Assembly (NCBI GenBank): GCA_977016875.1
Contig: CDRNST010000332.1
Coordinates: forward strand, 62,001-126,000
From: Pavona decussata
Taxonomy: Eukaryota
Reading direction: 5' to 3'
DNA: 64,000 bases
Part shown: piece after piece, positions 1 through 14,600 of the stretch
Numbering within the stretch: position 1 is the stretch's first letter
Layout: every line of letters starts with the position of its first letter
Notes under the pieces: model-generated
Seen by the model: only the letters and a program-made list of their open reading frames with translations
Told to the model about the DNA's origin: nothing
Databases searched by the model: none
Made by a program: the position numbers and the translations under genes

Positions 1-151
1 TAATAGTCTTACTCCTGTGGATTGTGGTATTCTGTGAAGGCATTCATTGCCCAAAAAAGTGCACCTGTAATCCATTTGGAAAACATACTCAAGTAACATG
101 CAGCGGTATTGATCAAGTACCGATGGGGATTCCTTCAAGCGTTTTGATTCT
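1..151 (+). CDS. Exon 1 (5' partial): signal peptide + LRRNT
   Basis: Frame from position 3 reads [49 protein letters not shown](L), matching the CPxxCxC...VxC...VP.GIP pattern; donor GTAAG at 152. Confidence 0.85.
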
Positions 152-3100
152 GTAAGAATGTTTTTATTGGTTTTTCTCGATATGTTGTCTTTTACTTATT
201 GCTGTGTCGGTTGTGTCTCGTAGACAACTTTCAGGAAATTCTTTACAGTTCGTCCATGAAGGTGTTTTTGCAAATCTTACTTCACTTAAGAAAATGTAAG
301 TAGCATATGGGGTCCTCTGACATAGGGTGATTATTTGGTGTTTAGTCATGTACAAAATCCAGTCGTTCCACACCCTAAGGCCGCGTTTTCAATCCAGCCA
401 ATTTACACAGAAGGTTAAACCCAAGATACAGATAAAGTGCCTGTTTCTACAAAGGCGGTGGTGTCTAGCGATCCACATCTTGATGACGAACACCTCTCAT
501 AACTATTGAGTAATATGGTCATTTTGTATAACCCATTTTTTCTTTTCCTTTTTGTTTTAGGGAGGGGCAAATGGGGTCATCTAAAGAAATGGAATCCCGA
601 GTAGGGAGGGGGCGGGGGGAGAGTGGTGGGTGGCCAGGGGACTATAAATTACAGTTGGATGGATAAAATTTAAACACAAAAATATGAACGGTTATCGCAC
701 TAATCACTTAACGCGAATCTCCTCTGGTTTCACCTCTAAACAAAACTGAAACTGAGTAAGATTTGGTATTTAGCTTGTCTCGAGCGTTGGACTAAGAAGG
801 TATCGGAGGTCCTGAAAAGAGCCGAGTCAATGACTCTCTGCACTTCTGTCACTAGCCTGCGTAGCAGTCGTTTCCGTTTCCTTCAAGCCAAGCGGGGTAA
901 TCGCGCGAAAGCGTTGGGCAAAAAGGAGCAAAAAAGTAGGAGCGGGGGGGGGGGGGGGGGGAGGAAAGGAAACGCCTGCCGCTGAGCCCAGACATTTTAC
1001 CGAACGCCGTTCGTCAGCGAACGGGAGGCAATGATGTATTTCCATTGGTCAATCGTCTGTCAATCAAACTCATAGACCAAAACGACATCAGGTAAACCGT
1101 TTATCAAAGATGAAAATACAGGCCGAGGCGGAAAACTACGAAAAAGAACTCTCTCGAGTGTCCTTTCGATTTCGAGTTTGCTTTGCTTTGGAAACGACTA
1201 AACTACTTTCGCAGGGAGATACGTTAATTCAGTTGAAACCGGAGTAAAGGACTGCTTTAAGAGCGAATGTCCATTAACATCAAGCAAAATCAAGCATTCT
1301 CGGTCACGCTCAAAATATAGTTTTCATTGCGCTTTGGTTTGTTGGTAGGTATTATCGTCTCAACAAACTTGGTGTCATTCGTTTTTCGAAATCCCGCCGA
1401 ATTTTTTAAAAATTTAAGAAAATTTGTTCTGGCTGTCGGCGGTCTTAAAGACACGAAACTATTGGAAGCAAAATTGGCTGGTCTGAAAGCTTGTTTCGCA
1501 TACGAACAAAGAAATTTTTATTCAAACTTTGTAATCATAAATAGATTGGGGAGGCCTCAAGTAAATACTTTGTAAGAAAATTTCAGTTCTAACCACGGTC
1601 TGAAAAGGAAATTTTCAACATTTAGAAAGACTCTGTATTTCACGCTACGCGAAATACAATTTTATCCTGGAAACGCGAGGAAGTATTTAGCCATGTGGAA
1701 CAAGCTCATTCTGTCTGTAATTCCAGCTGTAAGCAAATGAGTTGATATTCTAAAACATAAAAAAAAAATTGTCTTTGGTAATTTTATCTACGCTTTGTTC
1801 AAGCGACGTAAAATTAGAGAAAATCTTCTAAAATATTGCAACTTGAAGTAATCAAGTTGCCCACCGCGATTCTGTTTTCGCTGAGATTTACCATAAGTTA
1901 AAAATGATTGGTTCTCATGTGCCATTTGACGTGACAGTGTAGGCCCCAAGGGAGCGAAGCCATTTGGGGGCGTTCGGTAGAATGTCTGGGCTCAGCGGCA
2001 GGCGTTTCCTTTTCTTCCGCGCCCCTCCCCGCCGCTCTTACTTTTTTGCTCCTTTTTGCCCAATGCCCTCGCGCGATTACCCCGTTTGGCTTGAAGGAAA
2101 CGGAAACGACTGCTACTCAGGCTATTCTGTCACGTGTTCTAAGTACTGAGTTACTGGGAGACTCCAAACAAGCAGGGCCATTTACCAAGTTCGTGTGTGA
2201 CATTTTTTTCTGTATAATGCTGGGATCAGCAGTTTTCAAAGCGTATGTGCATTGGAAAACGAATAAAGATGGAAAATATTTCAGCTAACAAGAAAATGCT
2301 CCGTCTTTACTTAACAAAAACAGTTACTGCAGTAGTCTGTTCAATCTCTAGCGTAGAACTTCATGGAACGAATCCCTGGTATACACAACGATCGTTTGAG
2401 ACTGTTGCCGTGGCAGATGTCAAACACCAAGCAATATTTTACACAAAAGATACGTTAACCTTATATGTGCTTTATTTTGTTGTTTTCAGAGATCTTTCAA
2501 GCAACCTCCTAAAATTCATTCCACAGAATACCTTCAGGAATTTAAAGTCACTCTCAGTCATGTAAGAACATTTAAAGTTTGTATCCGTTTTAAAGACATC
2601 TTTATGTAATTCAATGCTATTTCTACTCAGTCTGTTACTACATTTTACTAGTACGCGTGACGAGGACACTTAAACATGTAAATTCAGAATAGTTTTCAAA
2701 TGCGCCACTTTGTTGAAGACCGCTCAAAGGCCTGGTTCTCATTTGGCACCCTACGTTCCTGCGACGTAACCTGTGGTGCTACCAGCTGACATCAATTTTT
2801 CTATAAGAGAATTATGAATTATTCAGTAATGACACAGGCAAACTCCGAGTGCTCCTATTAGGATTCGAACCTAAGACCTTCTGATTAATATCAAATAATG
2901 TTAGAGGTGAATGAAGCTCCTAGTGTCCTTGAGTTAAGCGTCAATAAGTTTGTTTATTTTGTAAAAATGTTCAATTGTTTCCGTATAACAAAATTTTGAT
3001 AATCTGCGTTTGGCGTGAAAAAAAAAAAAAAAAAAAAATACCGCTGTTTCCCTAGTCCGTCTTTGCTAAAAAAGCAGTAGTTTTTGTACCTTAAAGTCTC

Positions 3101-6100
3101 GATCGTTCTGGCCTGTGAGCATGGGCCATGGACGTAATTAGACATTCCAGAGCTTTACTTTAAGTTGACTTGAGCTCGACTTCGCTGACGCATCGAAGAT
3201 TCTCGAGGCATACTGGCGATAACATATTTAATTAGCAACTATATCTATCCCAGCATTCATTACATTGCAAGATGGTGTGGCCAGCATGAAGCATTCGTAT
3301 GAATTTGACTGGAAATCTTATCACTTTCATCAGCGTTATGTCGCAGGGACGTCTGGAAGTTCGCTTGGTGACTAGGTCTGCTGGCTACTCCAGCGGCACA
3401 TATACAAGAACCCTGCTTAAGTGTAGCAGTTACTAACTTGACTTTCACTTTTGTCCAATGCAGTGACCTTCATAACAACAAAATTGAAGGAGGATTTTAT
3501 CTCCCCAAAAGTGTTAAGCAGATGTGAGTTTTGATTAAATGCATTAATATAACACAGAAGAATAGCGATTAGTCATACAACTGTTGATCTCAAAGTTCTA
3601 CCTGGACCGTGTCAGTTAATTATTGAAGCTTGAGCGGGAAAAGAAATTGGACAGCAGCATCTGTCAACTTGCATGTTATTTTTGGCGGAATGTTCAGCTG
3701 TTCTGTATTTGGAAACAGGTTCCTCAAACTCATTAATAATTCATCAACAGCAAAGAAAATCACTACTGTGACCGTGGTTTGGATATGTGTTCCTAATTAC
3801 CACAAAATTTTGCCAACTTTAGCATCGAATTTCTCCGAGAATTATCGATCATTTAAGAAGCCATATCAGACACTCGAAAGTGTGTTTCATCATATATCCA
3901 AGCACTTCTAAGCCGTTTAAAAAAATCTCGGCTGCAGCTCGTTTTTTCAACCTATTTCTCAGTGTTTAGATGTCTGATCAAACGCACCTTCTCGTGTTTG
4001 ATATATTACTTCCCCTCCCCTCCCTATTCATGCTGTCGTCCTCTGTTGTTTCCTTTTTATTTCTCGATAATCATTGTAGGCTATCGTGATTATATATTTG
4101 ATCTGACTGGCCAAATTAACTTATCATCTCAGTTGATCATCGTAAAGGGATTCGAAAGCTAACGTTTCCAGGGTTATCCCAGCTCATCAGTTTCGACTCC
4201 TCCACCAACGCACTGATAAGAACCCCCTTATCGAACCTCAATCCTGTCATCCCGGTAATACGACCAAGGTTTTATCGCTCACCGATGTCCGTATTAAAAG
4301 AGATACACATTAAATAAAAGCGTTGATGTGCCTTTTCAGGTCTTGAGCAATGTTTCTAGCCTCTTAGAAAAACACTCACACAAATAAGTACTGTAAGAGC
4401 TATCACCTCTTATCTTCTAGCAATCTACAAGAAAATGCACTGTCATTTGACGACCTTAAAGTGATTTTGAGAGGCTTAAAGAAGCTGTCTTTCTTGTAAG
4501 TGAGTTTTTCCTATTACTGATGACATTCATTATTAATGCAAGGTTAAAACTGTAATGTGTTTTTTCAGTTAGCTATGATAATGGGACCACAAAGTTAAAA
4601 ACAAACAAAACAAACAAACAAAGAAGCAACAACAACAAAAAAGGATTCCCTAAGCAATGAAAATCATTTCGGCATTTCATTTGTGCACCTATTATCGTGG
4701 AAAGAGTGACCACACTTGGCTACCAATTTCTTAGTCGCCATAATATTAAGGAATTTTGTTGAGTTACACTGTTGTCAAATGATCTCATTCCGCCAAAGAA
4801 AACAACACACCATAAGGTGTCCAGCCTCCTTTAATTTTCCGACATATCTCAGACATTTTTATTGAAGCAAAAATGTCCTCGAAATGTCAGGATATTGGAG
4901 CATTTTTGTTCATAGTGGAAGCCAGCCTAAAATAAGATAAGCTCAGTTAACAAAACTTAATGGAGAAAATTGAATAAGGTAGTGTCCAGCCTTCTTTTAT
5001 TTTTCGACACTGAAAGTAGGTTCTTAGATTAAAGAAGTCGTGAATATAAAAGTTTTTACACAACTTGATCAGGATGTTTGAAGAAAGTCTGACATGACTA
5101 CTCTATTTTGAAGTTACTAATTTGGAGTATAAAGTACAATTCTACTCCCCAAACCTTCTTATCAAAACATTGGATTTTCAATATCTAATTTTCGATGCTC
5201 ATAACAATTTGACTTAAGCTACGATAAACTTAATAAACTCTATTTTATTCCCCACAGGAAAGCTGATTCCAATAGACGCATTGGACCTGTTCTTAAGTCA
5301 GACATCTTTGATGGCTTTGAAAGAATGGTATTTCTGTAAGTCGCGTAGAAGATAAAGGTGGGGATGAATATACAATGCGAGTACTGTCATGAAGGGGCCA
5401 AAAAGCGGTATTTTTTCTTGTTCTCTAATGCCAAATATCCGTAAATTACAGAAAGAAAACGATGCAGTAAACGTTGCGACAATCAATCGGATGCGATTGC
5501 TAGAAAATTGAACCAAGTAAAAAGGGCAAACAAAAAATAAGAAAAGAACGTAGAGATAACAAAATAAGCAGAAAGGAACAGCTAAAGTAACACTTACAGA
5601 CGTTAAATGGCCTTTAAAAACGGACAAAGGAAGCGATGTAGAAAGCGCCAAAAACTTAAAGCACAAAGCACAAAACGAGAATAAATAAAAAAGCAAAGAC
5701 GCAAATTTATACTAATGAACTACGGAACAATAGACGAAGTTATGCAGAAAAAAACGAACAGAATAATAATGAATTTCAAAACGACATACAAGCGTGACAC
5801 AACAAATATTCCTAAAAAAAACAAAGGAGTTCGTTTCAAAAGAATGCGGCCGCAACATGTCATTTACTAAAATGTTGAATGTACAGTTGCAGGGATGTCC
5901 ACAACAGCATAAATTTGATTCTCCCTGCATTAAATTGTTTTTTTTTTTTTTCAACATTCTGCTTCTAAAACCCGACCCCCAACTCGTCCCAAAGGATGCG
6001 GATGTGGAGAACACTGTTAAGCTCAATGCTTTTATGGAAAGACGCGGAAGCAGATTGGGAGTTCAGATGTACTTAGATTTCGACTGAGCGCGACACAGAA

Positions 6101-9100
6101 GAAAAGAAACGCTTGAGACTGTCCACTGTTTTGGAAAATTCTTTAAGACTCATTTTTCAATATGGCTTATGAAATATTTGTTCACTTTTCCCGAATTATG
6201 TTAAATTAGGGACGGGCCATTATTTTTCTGGAAGGGGGGGGGGGGGGGGGGGGGGAGTATGAGAAAGTTTTTCCTGCAAACATTTTTTTTAACACATACG
6301 TCTCCGCAAACATGTTTTCCAACATCATCTTCGTGCAAAAATTTTTTTTTCCATTTTTTTTTGCAGTGTTCTTTTTATTTGTGCTAAATGTTATCACTGC
6401 CTTATTGAACTATTTTATGAAGGACGTAATCAATAGATTATAGCCACTTATTTTGTCGATATACTGTCCACTCAGCTCACCTTTTCAATTTTTTGGCAGC
6501 TACTGACGCAAATAAGGGGCATACGACAGGAAATAGGCAAAGGGAGTAGCGGGCTTTTTTTGAATTATAGCCACTTATTTTGTCGATATACTGTCCTGTC
6601 TGGTTAAAAAAGTTCAAAGGCACTTTAATTATTATTGAAAAAATAGAGTTCTCGTTTATTTTATAGAATAAACAACTACTACAAAAACGTTTTTCATTTG
6701 TCAACGAGTGTGTAATGCATGACAAAACAGCTGCTTGAACCATTTTGTCTATCGTCATTTTTTTAGATTTTATTCGTTTATGTCGTCCATGTAATTCATT
6801 GACTTCTCAAATATGTTTTAACTAGCAATGATAAATATAGCCAAGATTAAAGAATATTATCTGTTTAATACAGTTTCGTGAAAAACACCTGATATATGAA
6901 GTTTTGTACAGAGCAAAATGTTGACAAGTAACGTTAAGATTTAATTGCCACAATAAATTCCCATGTTTTCAAGAATGATATTTAGCTATTTTCAGATTTG
7001 TCATTTGCTTTATACGCAGTGACTACTTTTGTAGTGCCCAAATTGTGTTAATTTGTATACTAATGCTTCAATTTGTTACTTTATTTTTTTTATTTCAGTT
7101 TTGGTAATAATGTTTTTTTTTAATATCTTACCTGACTTCTCTGCAAACATTTTTTTTACCCTATCATGTTTGCAAACAATTTATTTTGTCTTTTCAGACC
7201 CTGCAAACAATTTTTTCCATATTTCTCATACCCCCTTCCACAAAAATAATAGTCCGTCCCTTAGTATATTTGATTTTAACGTTTGTCTTTCGTTTTAATC
7301 AGTTATACGAAAATTCATGCAATGCACAATTGATAATTCCTCCATGAAAATTGGGCAATATATCTTTTTAAAATTCGTCGTGATAGACCAGCGTGTGCCT
7401 TCATTCTCACCGCTCCTGACGATTTAATTTATACTTATCTAGATCCCTGGGAGACTGCGGCCTAAAGTACATCGAGAGTGGGGCATTTAGAGCGATGAAG
7501 CATCTGAAACAGCTGTAAGTAGATTATTTAATAACAAACCAGAGCAAGTTTTAGCGGCTTAAATTTTGTTTTCTTCCCTCAGGATTTCTTAGGGGAATGA
7601 AATTGTAAAGTACAATTCGTTATGGGCAGTGAACATTGAAGCCCTTGAAATCCCTCTGAACATGAAGTCCTTGAAAGTAAATTTGGCGCCGATATTATAT
7701 TTAAATATTAAAAAAAAAAAAACAAAGAACAACAGAAACAACAACAACAAGTGCTTAACCATTTCCTTGGTCACGAAGATATTCGAACTCAGTATTTTTG
7801 ATTAGATTACCTTTCTGTGTTGCAAATAGCTTGCAAAGAGCCGTATTAGTATCGGAGTGGCTTGTGGATCTTTTCCTGAGCCCTAGCTCTCACTATCAAC
7901 TAAAGCACTTGCGCAAGCTAAAAAAAAGATAGCATCAAGACGTTCTAACAAAATCACAGTAATGCAAGCATTCAGCATGAACATAACAGGAACAAAGACA
8001 CTGCTTTTCTGTCGGAATCTACCGAGCAATCAAGCTTAAGGAGATGTTAGGAGTATCTGTAATTACTAGAAATTTACTGAGTGTTCTGAGGCTATTAGAC
8101 CAGTCACGAGTATGGAGAAAGTGCGAGAATGTTCTTAGTCACGCGGTGTTAGAATAATGTAGAATTGCATGACTAAGCATTGTTAAAAATAGAGTTATTG
8201 TAATATCCAAGAACAGCTGTGCCTAGAAACTTCTGGAATTCCTCTGATAACTATACATAAGTAGTCAGTCTCTAGCCAGTATCGTGGGGTGTGTGTGATT
8301 AGAGTCCTCAGTTCCCTGTGATTTCGAAAGTGGCATTCCGTGACAAGTGATAAGAGAAGTGATTTCCCTAGTGATTGTAAGTTGCAATTATTGTGGCGAC
8401 TGGAGGCGGGATTTTCGGTAGTGGTGGCTTGTGACCAGTGTTGGAGGTAATATGTCAAAAACGAGGGCGAGTGCTTTATCACGGGTTCCAAATACCGAGA
8501 AACAGATGAAAGCACTCGGCCTGCGGCCTCGTGCTTTCATCTGTTTCTCGGTATTTGGAACCCGCGATAAAGCACGAAGCCCGAGTTTTTGACATGTCTT
8601 CTCAAATGAAACAATAAGAAATTAATCTCATTAAAATGCAAATGTTTGATCTCAGATGAAAAACATGTTTCATCTCAGATGAAAACCTGGTGGTGTTTCA
8701 TCTGGTGTTTCATTGGGGTATCAAGATTCATCCACCTGACCGAAATGGAGGTCATTTATTGGCTTTTGACAGCATGAATTATTAATGAGTTTGAGAATGT
8801 TTGATCAAGAGTTTTGTCAAGACAAGGATAAAGCTATGCCAGCGGACGAGATAAATTATAAAGCAAGAATAGATTGTGTAGACTTTGTGACCAGTAATCG
8901 CTACCATTGTAAGTTTCATCAGTTGTTGTCTTAATGTAAAAATATTGGTAGTGATTGAATTTCTGGGTTTCACATCTTTTGATACACGTCCGTAACACTG
9001 TGACTGCGCTTGTGCTAATTCTTGAACAAAAGATACATAGGTTGATGTAACTCCTATTCTGTGTGTATGAGTGCGCCTTTACTATCGTAAGTAACTCAAT

Positions 9101-10714
9101 CAGCAAAATTGATAACTAATTACCTAAAAAAAAAATGAAAAAAGGATCATGATCGTTTTCTTAAGATTTCAATGGCGCCTGAAATTCTCCCACAGCGTTT
9201 GTGTACAATGGTTTTGGTTCATGCAAATTGAATTTATTACATATTTCCTTAAAGAAACGTTTCTTTGCAGTGACCTTAGTTACAACCAGTTGTCTCGCTT
9301 ACAACCGGGAGCATTGGAAGGACCTGGTGAAAAACTGATTACTTTGTAAGTCACTTAACCTAAAACAATTCCTATAATGGAGACCTCAATTTAAACTTTT
9401 CCACGACAAGGAAAAGCAGTAACAAATGGTTTGCTCTCACCAGGATGACTCTTCAGGAACTGTTACGATAGGAAGCTATTCGTGCAACTTGTCTCAATTG
9501 TGTCCACTGCGTCGTACTATTACGACACATGTTGACGAAACGTTGCGTAGTGAAATGAACATCCCTCACAAGGTTTTTGTTCCAGAAAAGTTTAGTAAGA
9601 AACGAAATTTGTTTCTAATCGGTGCAACACTGGCTGAATGTGGTGTAACATTGGCTTTATAATGTCACAAACGTGGGGCTTTTTCCAAAACTCGGCCGAT
9701 GATTGGCCGATGATCTGGCCCTTTTTGTAGATTGTAGGAGGCTTGTGTTCCCGAAAGGTAGGCCAAGATACTTTTTTTTCACATAAGGTTCAGACTTTTA
9801 ACGTTAAGTTGCTGCAGTGGTAGATTATTTTTATAGCTGAATTTTTTTCAGCACTAATGATGGATCCGAAAAAAGTGAGAAGCGAAACGAAACGAGAAGA
9901 TAAGCTATAGCTATATTAAGGCGAAATTCAAATTACTTAAATTATCCAACTCAACTTAGTATTGTTTGAGTAAAGCACAAAAAAGGTAAAGATATACCCC
10001 AATATTTAGACAATTTGTCGTTTGTAAAGCAAAAAATGCCAATTATTAGGACTGAGCATAAAACCAGTTGGCTTCAAGACTTGCTACCTGTCGCATATTT
10101 AGTTTTAGTCGAGTCAATTGTTTGTTATCATCAACATCCTGGCATTAGTTTATGTTGGATAATAGATAGCTATCCCATTTTTTCAATTACTGTTGGTGAA
10201 TATTCATTTTTATTCATTGCTTATTTTCATTTCAGACTTACCCTGCGGGATTGCATGGCAAAGTTGCTGGATTAGACATTTCTTTGCCACTTAGTGTTTG
10301 TTTGTTCTAGTGTTTTCCTCCTGACATTTTTTACTCACGATAGGTACCTGGGACATAACGAGATGTCGACGATAGCCGATGGCACATTTGAAAAATTCAA
10401 CAATCTCGGCAGAATGTAAGTTGATATACACGCGTTAGCCAGTAGTTAGCCATTTTCGGCCATTGAAACAGTTATGTCAACGATAAACTGATTTAACAGA
10501 CAACTTACTCCAAAGTTTGTCCTATTAGATGCAAAAATGTATTATTTATAAAATTGAAGTTGAAGATTTCGGACAGCATTAAGGCTATGAAGGGCTATGA
10601 AGGGGGGCGGGGGGGGGGGGGGGGAAAGTGGACGGTAGCAAGGTGCAAACAGTAGTAAAGGAGGGAACAACGTCGAAATAACAGCAGGAACAAGGGAGCA
10701 AGGACCCCCTGAGG

Positions 10715-10749
<35 letters not shown>

Positions 10750-11399
10750 ATTAATTAATTAAAAAATACAAATTTCCTGTTGGCTAGCGGGAACCGTGGT
10801 GGTTGCTTAATGGATTGCGACTCCGGGCACGAGGATGGCTTCTGGAGTACCATTTCAACAAGAAGAACGTGATTTAAAGGGTGAAATTGCATATATCCAA
10901 ATTTATATATTGTAAACCACACTTTTTAGTCATGAATTGCAGTCATATGGTGCAGTACTTCGTAACAAACACAACACTTAAATCTCTTACAACTTTTCTT
11001 TATTAATTCCCTTTATGGTGGACACTTCAACCGCTCTGGTGGACTTTCGCTGCCCTGAGCTTTTGGTGCATGGCAGGGATACATTCGAGCACTCACCAGA
11101 TCTGTTACAGAAGAGTGTACTAAAAATGTATTTTTTTTCGGAGGGGAGGGAAGGGGGGTGAACCATCATCTACTAAGTTGAAAGTAAAACGAGAAAAGAA
11201 TATATAATAGCTGTTTTTAATATGACCATTTGATGATACAATAAACACCACTGATTAATGGTCTCAATATTATTTTGTCTCCACAGATATTTAGAATCGA
11301 ATCTGTTGATGTCGGTGCCAAATTTGATAGGCCCTACCTTGTTTGCACATCTGTAAGTATTTATTCAGGGTGTAAATAATAATAATAATAATAATAATG

Positions 11400-11441
<42 letters not shown>

Positions 11442-11608
11442 GTAATAATATTCAGCGGTTTCTAGTTTGTAGGCCTCATTCGTTGGTGGCGGGACTTTGC
11501 TAAAAATCGCATGCCTCACCTCGTCCAGGCATGCAGCCTGACTATTCCCAGTTCCCTCTCCTACCCACAATCCTCTCCAAAACGAACTCGCCTCTTCGAT
11601 ACTACCAA

Positions 11609-11689
<81 letters not shown>

Positions 11690-14600
11690 AGATTGATAGA
11701 TCAGCCATGAATGGTTATTTGTATGAGTATTAGACTTTCAGACATTTAGGCTATGACTTTTATATATGTATATATATTTTATTGATTTATTGACGCGCAA
11801 TTTTAAGTTTCGCTTGGCTCACAGTACGCTCTGCGCACTGCGTTGCTTTCTGATACCGTGCATANNNNNNNNNNNNNNNNNNNNNNNNNNNNNNNNNNNN
11901 NNNNNNNNNNNNNNNNNNNNNNNNNNNNNNNNNNNNNNNNNNNNNNNNNNNNNNNNNNNNNNNNNNNNNNNNNNNNNNNNNNNNNNNNNNNNNNNNNNNN
12001 NNNNNNNNNNNNNNNNNNNNNNNNNNNNNNNNNNNNNNNNNNNNNNNNNNNNNNNNNNNNNTCATCCAGCAAGAATTCAGAGTAGAAATCCCGAGACACA
12101 CGTGTTTGACTAACATGTTTAACTGTGAATCCACCTCTTTTTTAAAAACAAGTTTCTGTTCAAATTTGAGAAACCTAAAACAATTAGAAAATTATAATTA
12201 GACTCTTGAATTTAAATGTCCTTGGACGAAGCAGTAAGTGTTTACTAGAAGACATAACATTATTTCTGTAAGTAGTGTAGACATTGTAAGTACTTTTAGT
12301 TTTGTAAGTATAGTAAATATTGTTAACAACGTAGATATAGTTATTGTAGTTAGCATTGTGACTATTGTAAGTAATGTTAGTAGTGTTCAGTATAGTAAGT
12401 GACGTGTCATGTAAGGCAACTAAAAATTGTTAAAAAGATAATTAAAGTCTGGAAGCCTTACACACTTAAAAAAGAAACAACTCTTATTAAAAATTCATGC
12501 GGTTAATATTAGTCATTAGTATAATTACTCAGGTGATTATAGAGATTCTGTTGATCTCATTGGTCGAAAATTGCGACATATCCTGCCGTAATCACCTCGC
12601 GCGAGGTGATTATTGCGGAGCATTGATTTTCAAAATGGCCGCTAAGCGATTTTTTGATGTTTCTGAGGATAAAGTAGATACGACGAAAGAAAATGCAATT
12701 CCGAAAGGCACAGCAGCTTAGTCCAGGAAAAGCTTACATGCAGCTTAGACCGGGATGACACTTTTCAAAGGCAAGATATGAAAGTTTTGCTAATTGTAAT
12801 AAAAAAAAAACGTGTAAATTGCAATGGAAATGTTGTCGATGTCGGTAGCAGTAAGCTTATAACTGCATATGAAAACAACAAATTAAATTTGCACAAAATT
12901 TTCTTTATTTAACAGAATGGTTTCACCAACAAAACGAATTTAAGGCAGATTTTGAAAAAATGGAAATAAACGAGATGAAAAAAGGAATAAGTTTACGTTT
13001 CAGTGAGGTGAAAAGACGGTAGTTTTTTATAATCTGAAAACTAGTTTGTCGTCAGTTCAAGCGGCTCTTGTTTTGGGCTTTTTATGCCACCACTGTTCTC
13101 CCCTTCATAAGACGGAGTCAAGGCAGCACACCCGGGTTTTCGACCGTTTCCAGCTCGGAGGGGTGAAGTGGCGAGGGCCATGAAGAGACTCACAGGTTTC
13201 AATCCGCAATTTATTACACTCGAACCAGGGGGTTTAGTAAAAAACCAATTGCTGGATTTAGGTGGGTGAGTGATAAAATGAAAGTGTAGAAAATTTTATA
13301 TACGACTGACTTTACATATGGTGCGAAAATTGTTCAAGAAGGAATGAAGGTGCAGGACACAATTAACACGGATAAAGATACGGAAAATAAAAAATACATG
13401 GAAAAGTGTTAATTAACAAAAACCGCAACATCCTGGGGAGCTTCGCTAAATTTGCGGAAATTCAGCAATGAAAGCGAATCAATTAATCTGTCACTGAAAG
13501 TTCTTAGGACTAGCGCATTAAAAATGTCCAAGAGGATTCTGAGAAAAATTGTAGGCAAATGTCAAAGTTACTAATCTTCTTCTTCCAGCAGTACAAATTT
13601 TGAAATCGGTCCCACGAGCGTTGAATTCTTCGTTTTGACTTCTCCAACTCGAACGCGTTGGTCGTGGCCAGGGAAGATCTTCAAAACTCTGCCAAGGAGC
13701 CACCTTCCGCGAGGGGAATTTTCATCCACAAGCATTACGAGATCATTGACCTTCAAGTTTCCTTTCTCGCGAACCCATTTTTGACGTTACTGTAAAGCTG
13801 GAACGTATTCTCTTAGCCACCGTTTCCAAAAGCAGCCAGCAGGGAATTGGGCTCTCCTCCATTGTTTTCTGCTGTAAAGATCTTCGCGAACAAACAGACC
13901 TGGAGGCAGAGCGAGATTTTTCTGTTGCAGCAAAAGGTGGTTCGGAGTGAGTGGTTCCAGGTCGCTTGGATCATCGCTGCTGGGAGTAAGCGGGCGACTG
14001 TTAAGAATGGTAACAACCTCTGCGAAGACCGTGCGTAAGGCTTCCAGTCCAACCAACGCATCTGGATTGCCAAGGATCGCCTTCATGGTCTTACGCACAC
14101 TTCGAATTAACCGTTCCCAGACCCCATTCATATGGCTCGCGGCTGGAGGCTGAAATTTCCACTGGAACATTGGGCACTGGGAGCAATTAATCCCGTCCTT
14201 AATTAGTTGCTTGTTTAGATCATCCTGATTCCACTGACGAATAGAGTTGCGGCGAATTTCCTTGTCCGCTCCGACGAAATTTGTTCCGGTATCACTCCAG
14301 ATTTCTTTGGGACACCCACTATTCGAGATAAATCTGCGGAGGGCTTGAATAAAGGCATCGGACTCTAATGAACTCACGTCTTATATATGCACGGTGCAAC
14401 TGGTAAGGCAGGTGAAGAGGCAACCGTACACCTTTTCTGAACTCCGACCACGCTTCACGTAGAATGGGCCAAAGAAGTCGATTCCTGTGTAGGTGAACAG
14501 CCGATCATAGGGGGTGAGACGTTCCTTCGGCAGGTCGGCCATCAATTGAGTCATGGGGAATTTATTACGCTTGCGACAATCGATGCATCTTCGTAGAACA

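Noticed and set aside
2829-2890. tRNA gene
   Set aside because: Only a B-box and SINE-like body; no cloverleaf
5298-6087. Hydrophobic low-complexity ORFs in intron 6
   Set aside because: Product of A-rich strand-biased repeat sequence; no domain or splice support
7583-7676. Possible extra LRR exon after a strong acceptor (ttcttccctcag)
   Set aside because: Stops in all three frames from that acceptor; the alternative acceptor gives the wrong phase and no LRR consensus
11361-12134. ORFs with poly-Y, (ER)n, (SL)n or poly-X
   Set aside because: Microsatellite and N-gap artefacts; the same applies to ORFs spanning 19683-19887 and 24500-24657
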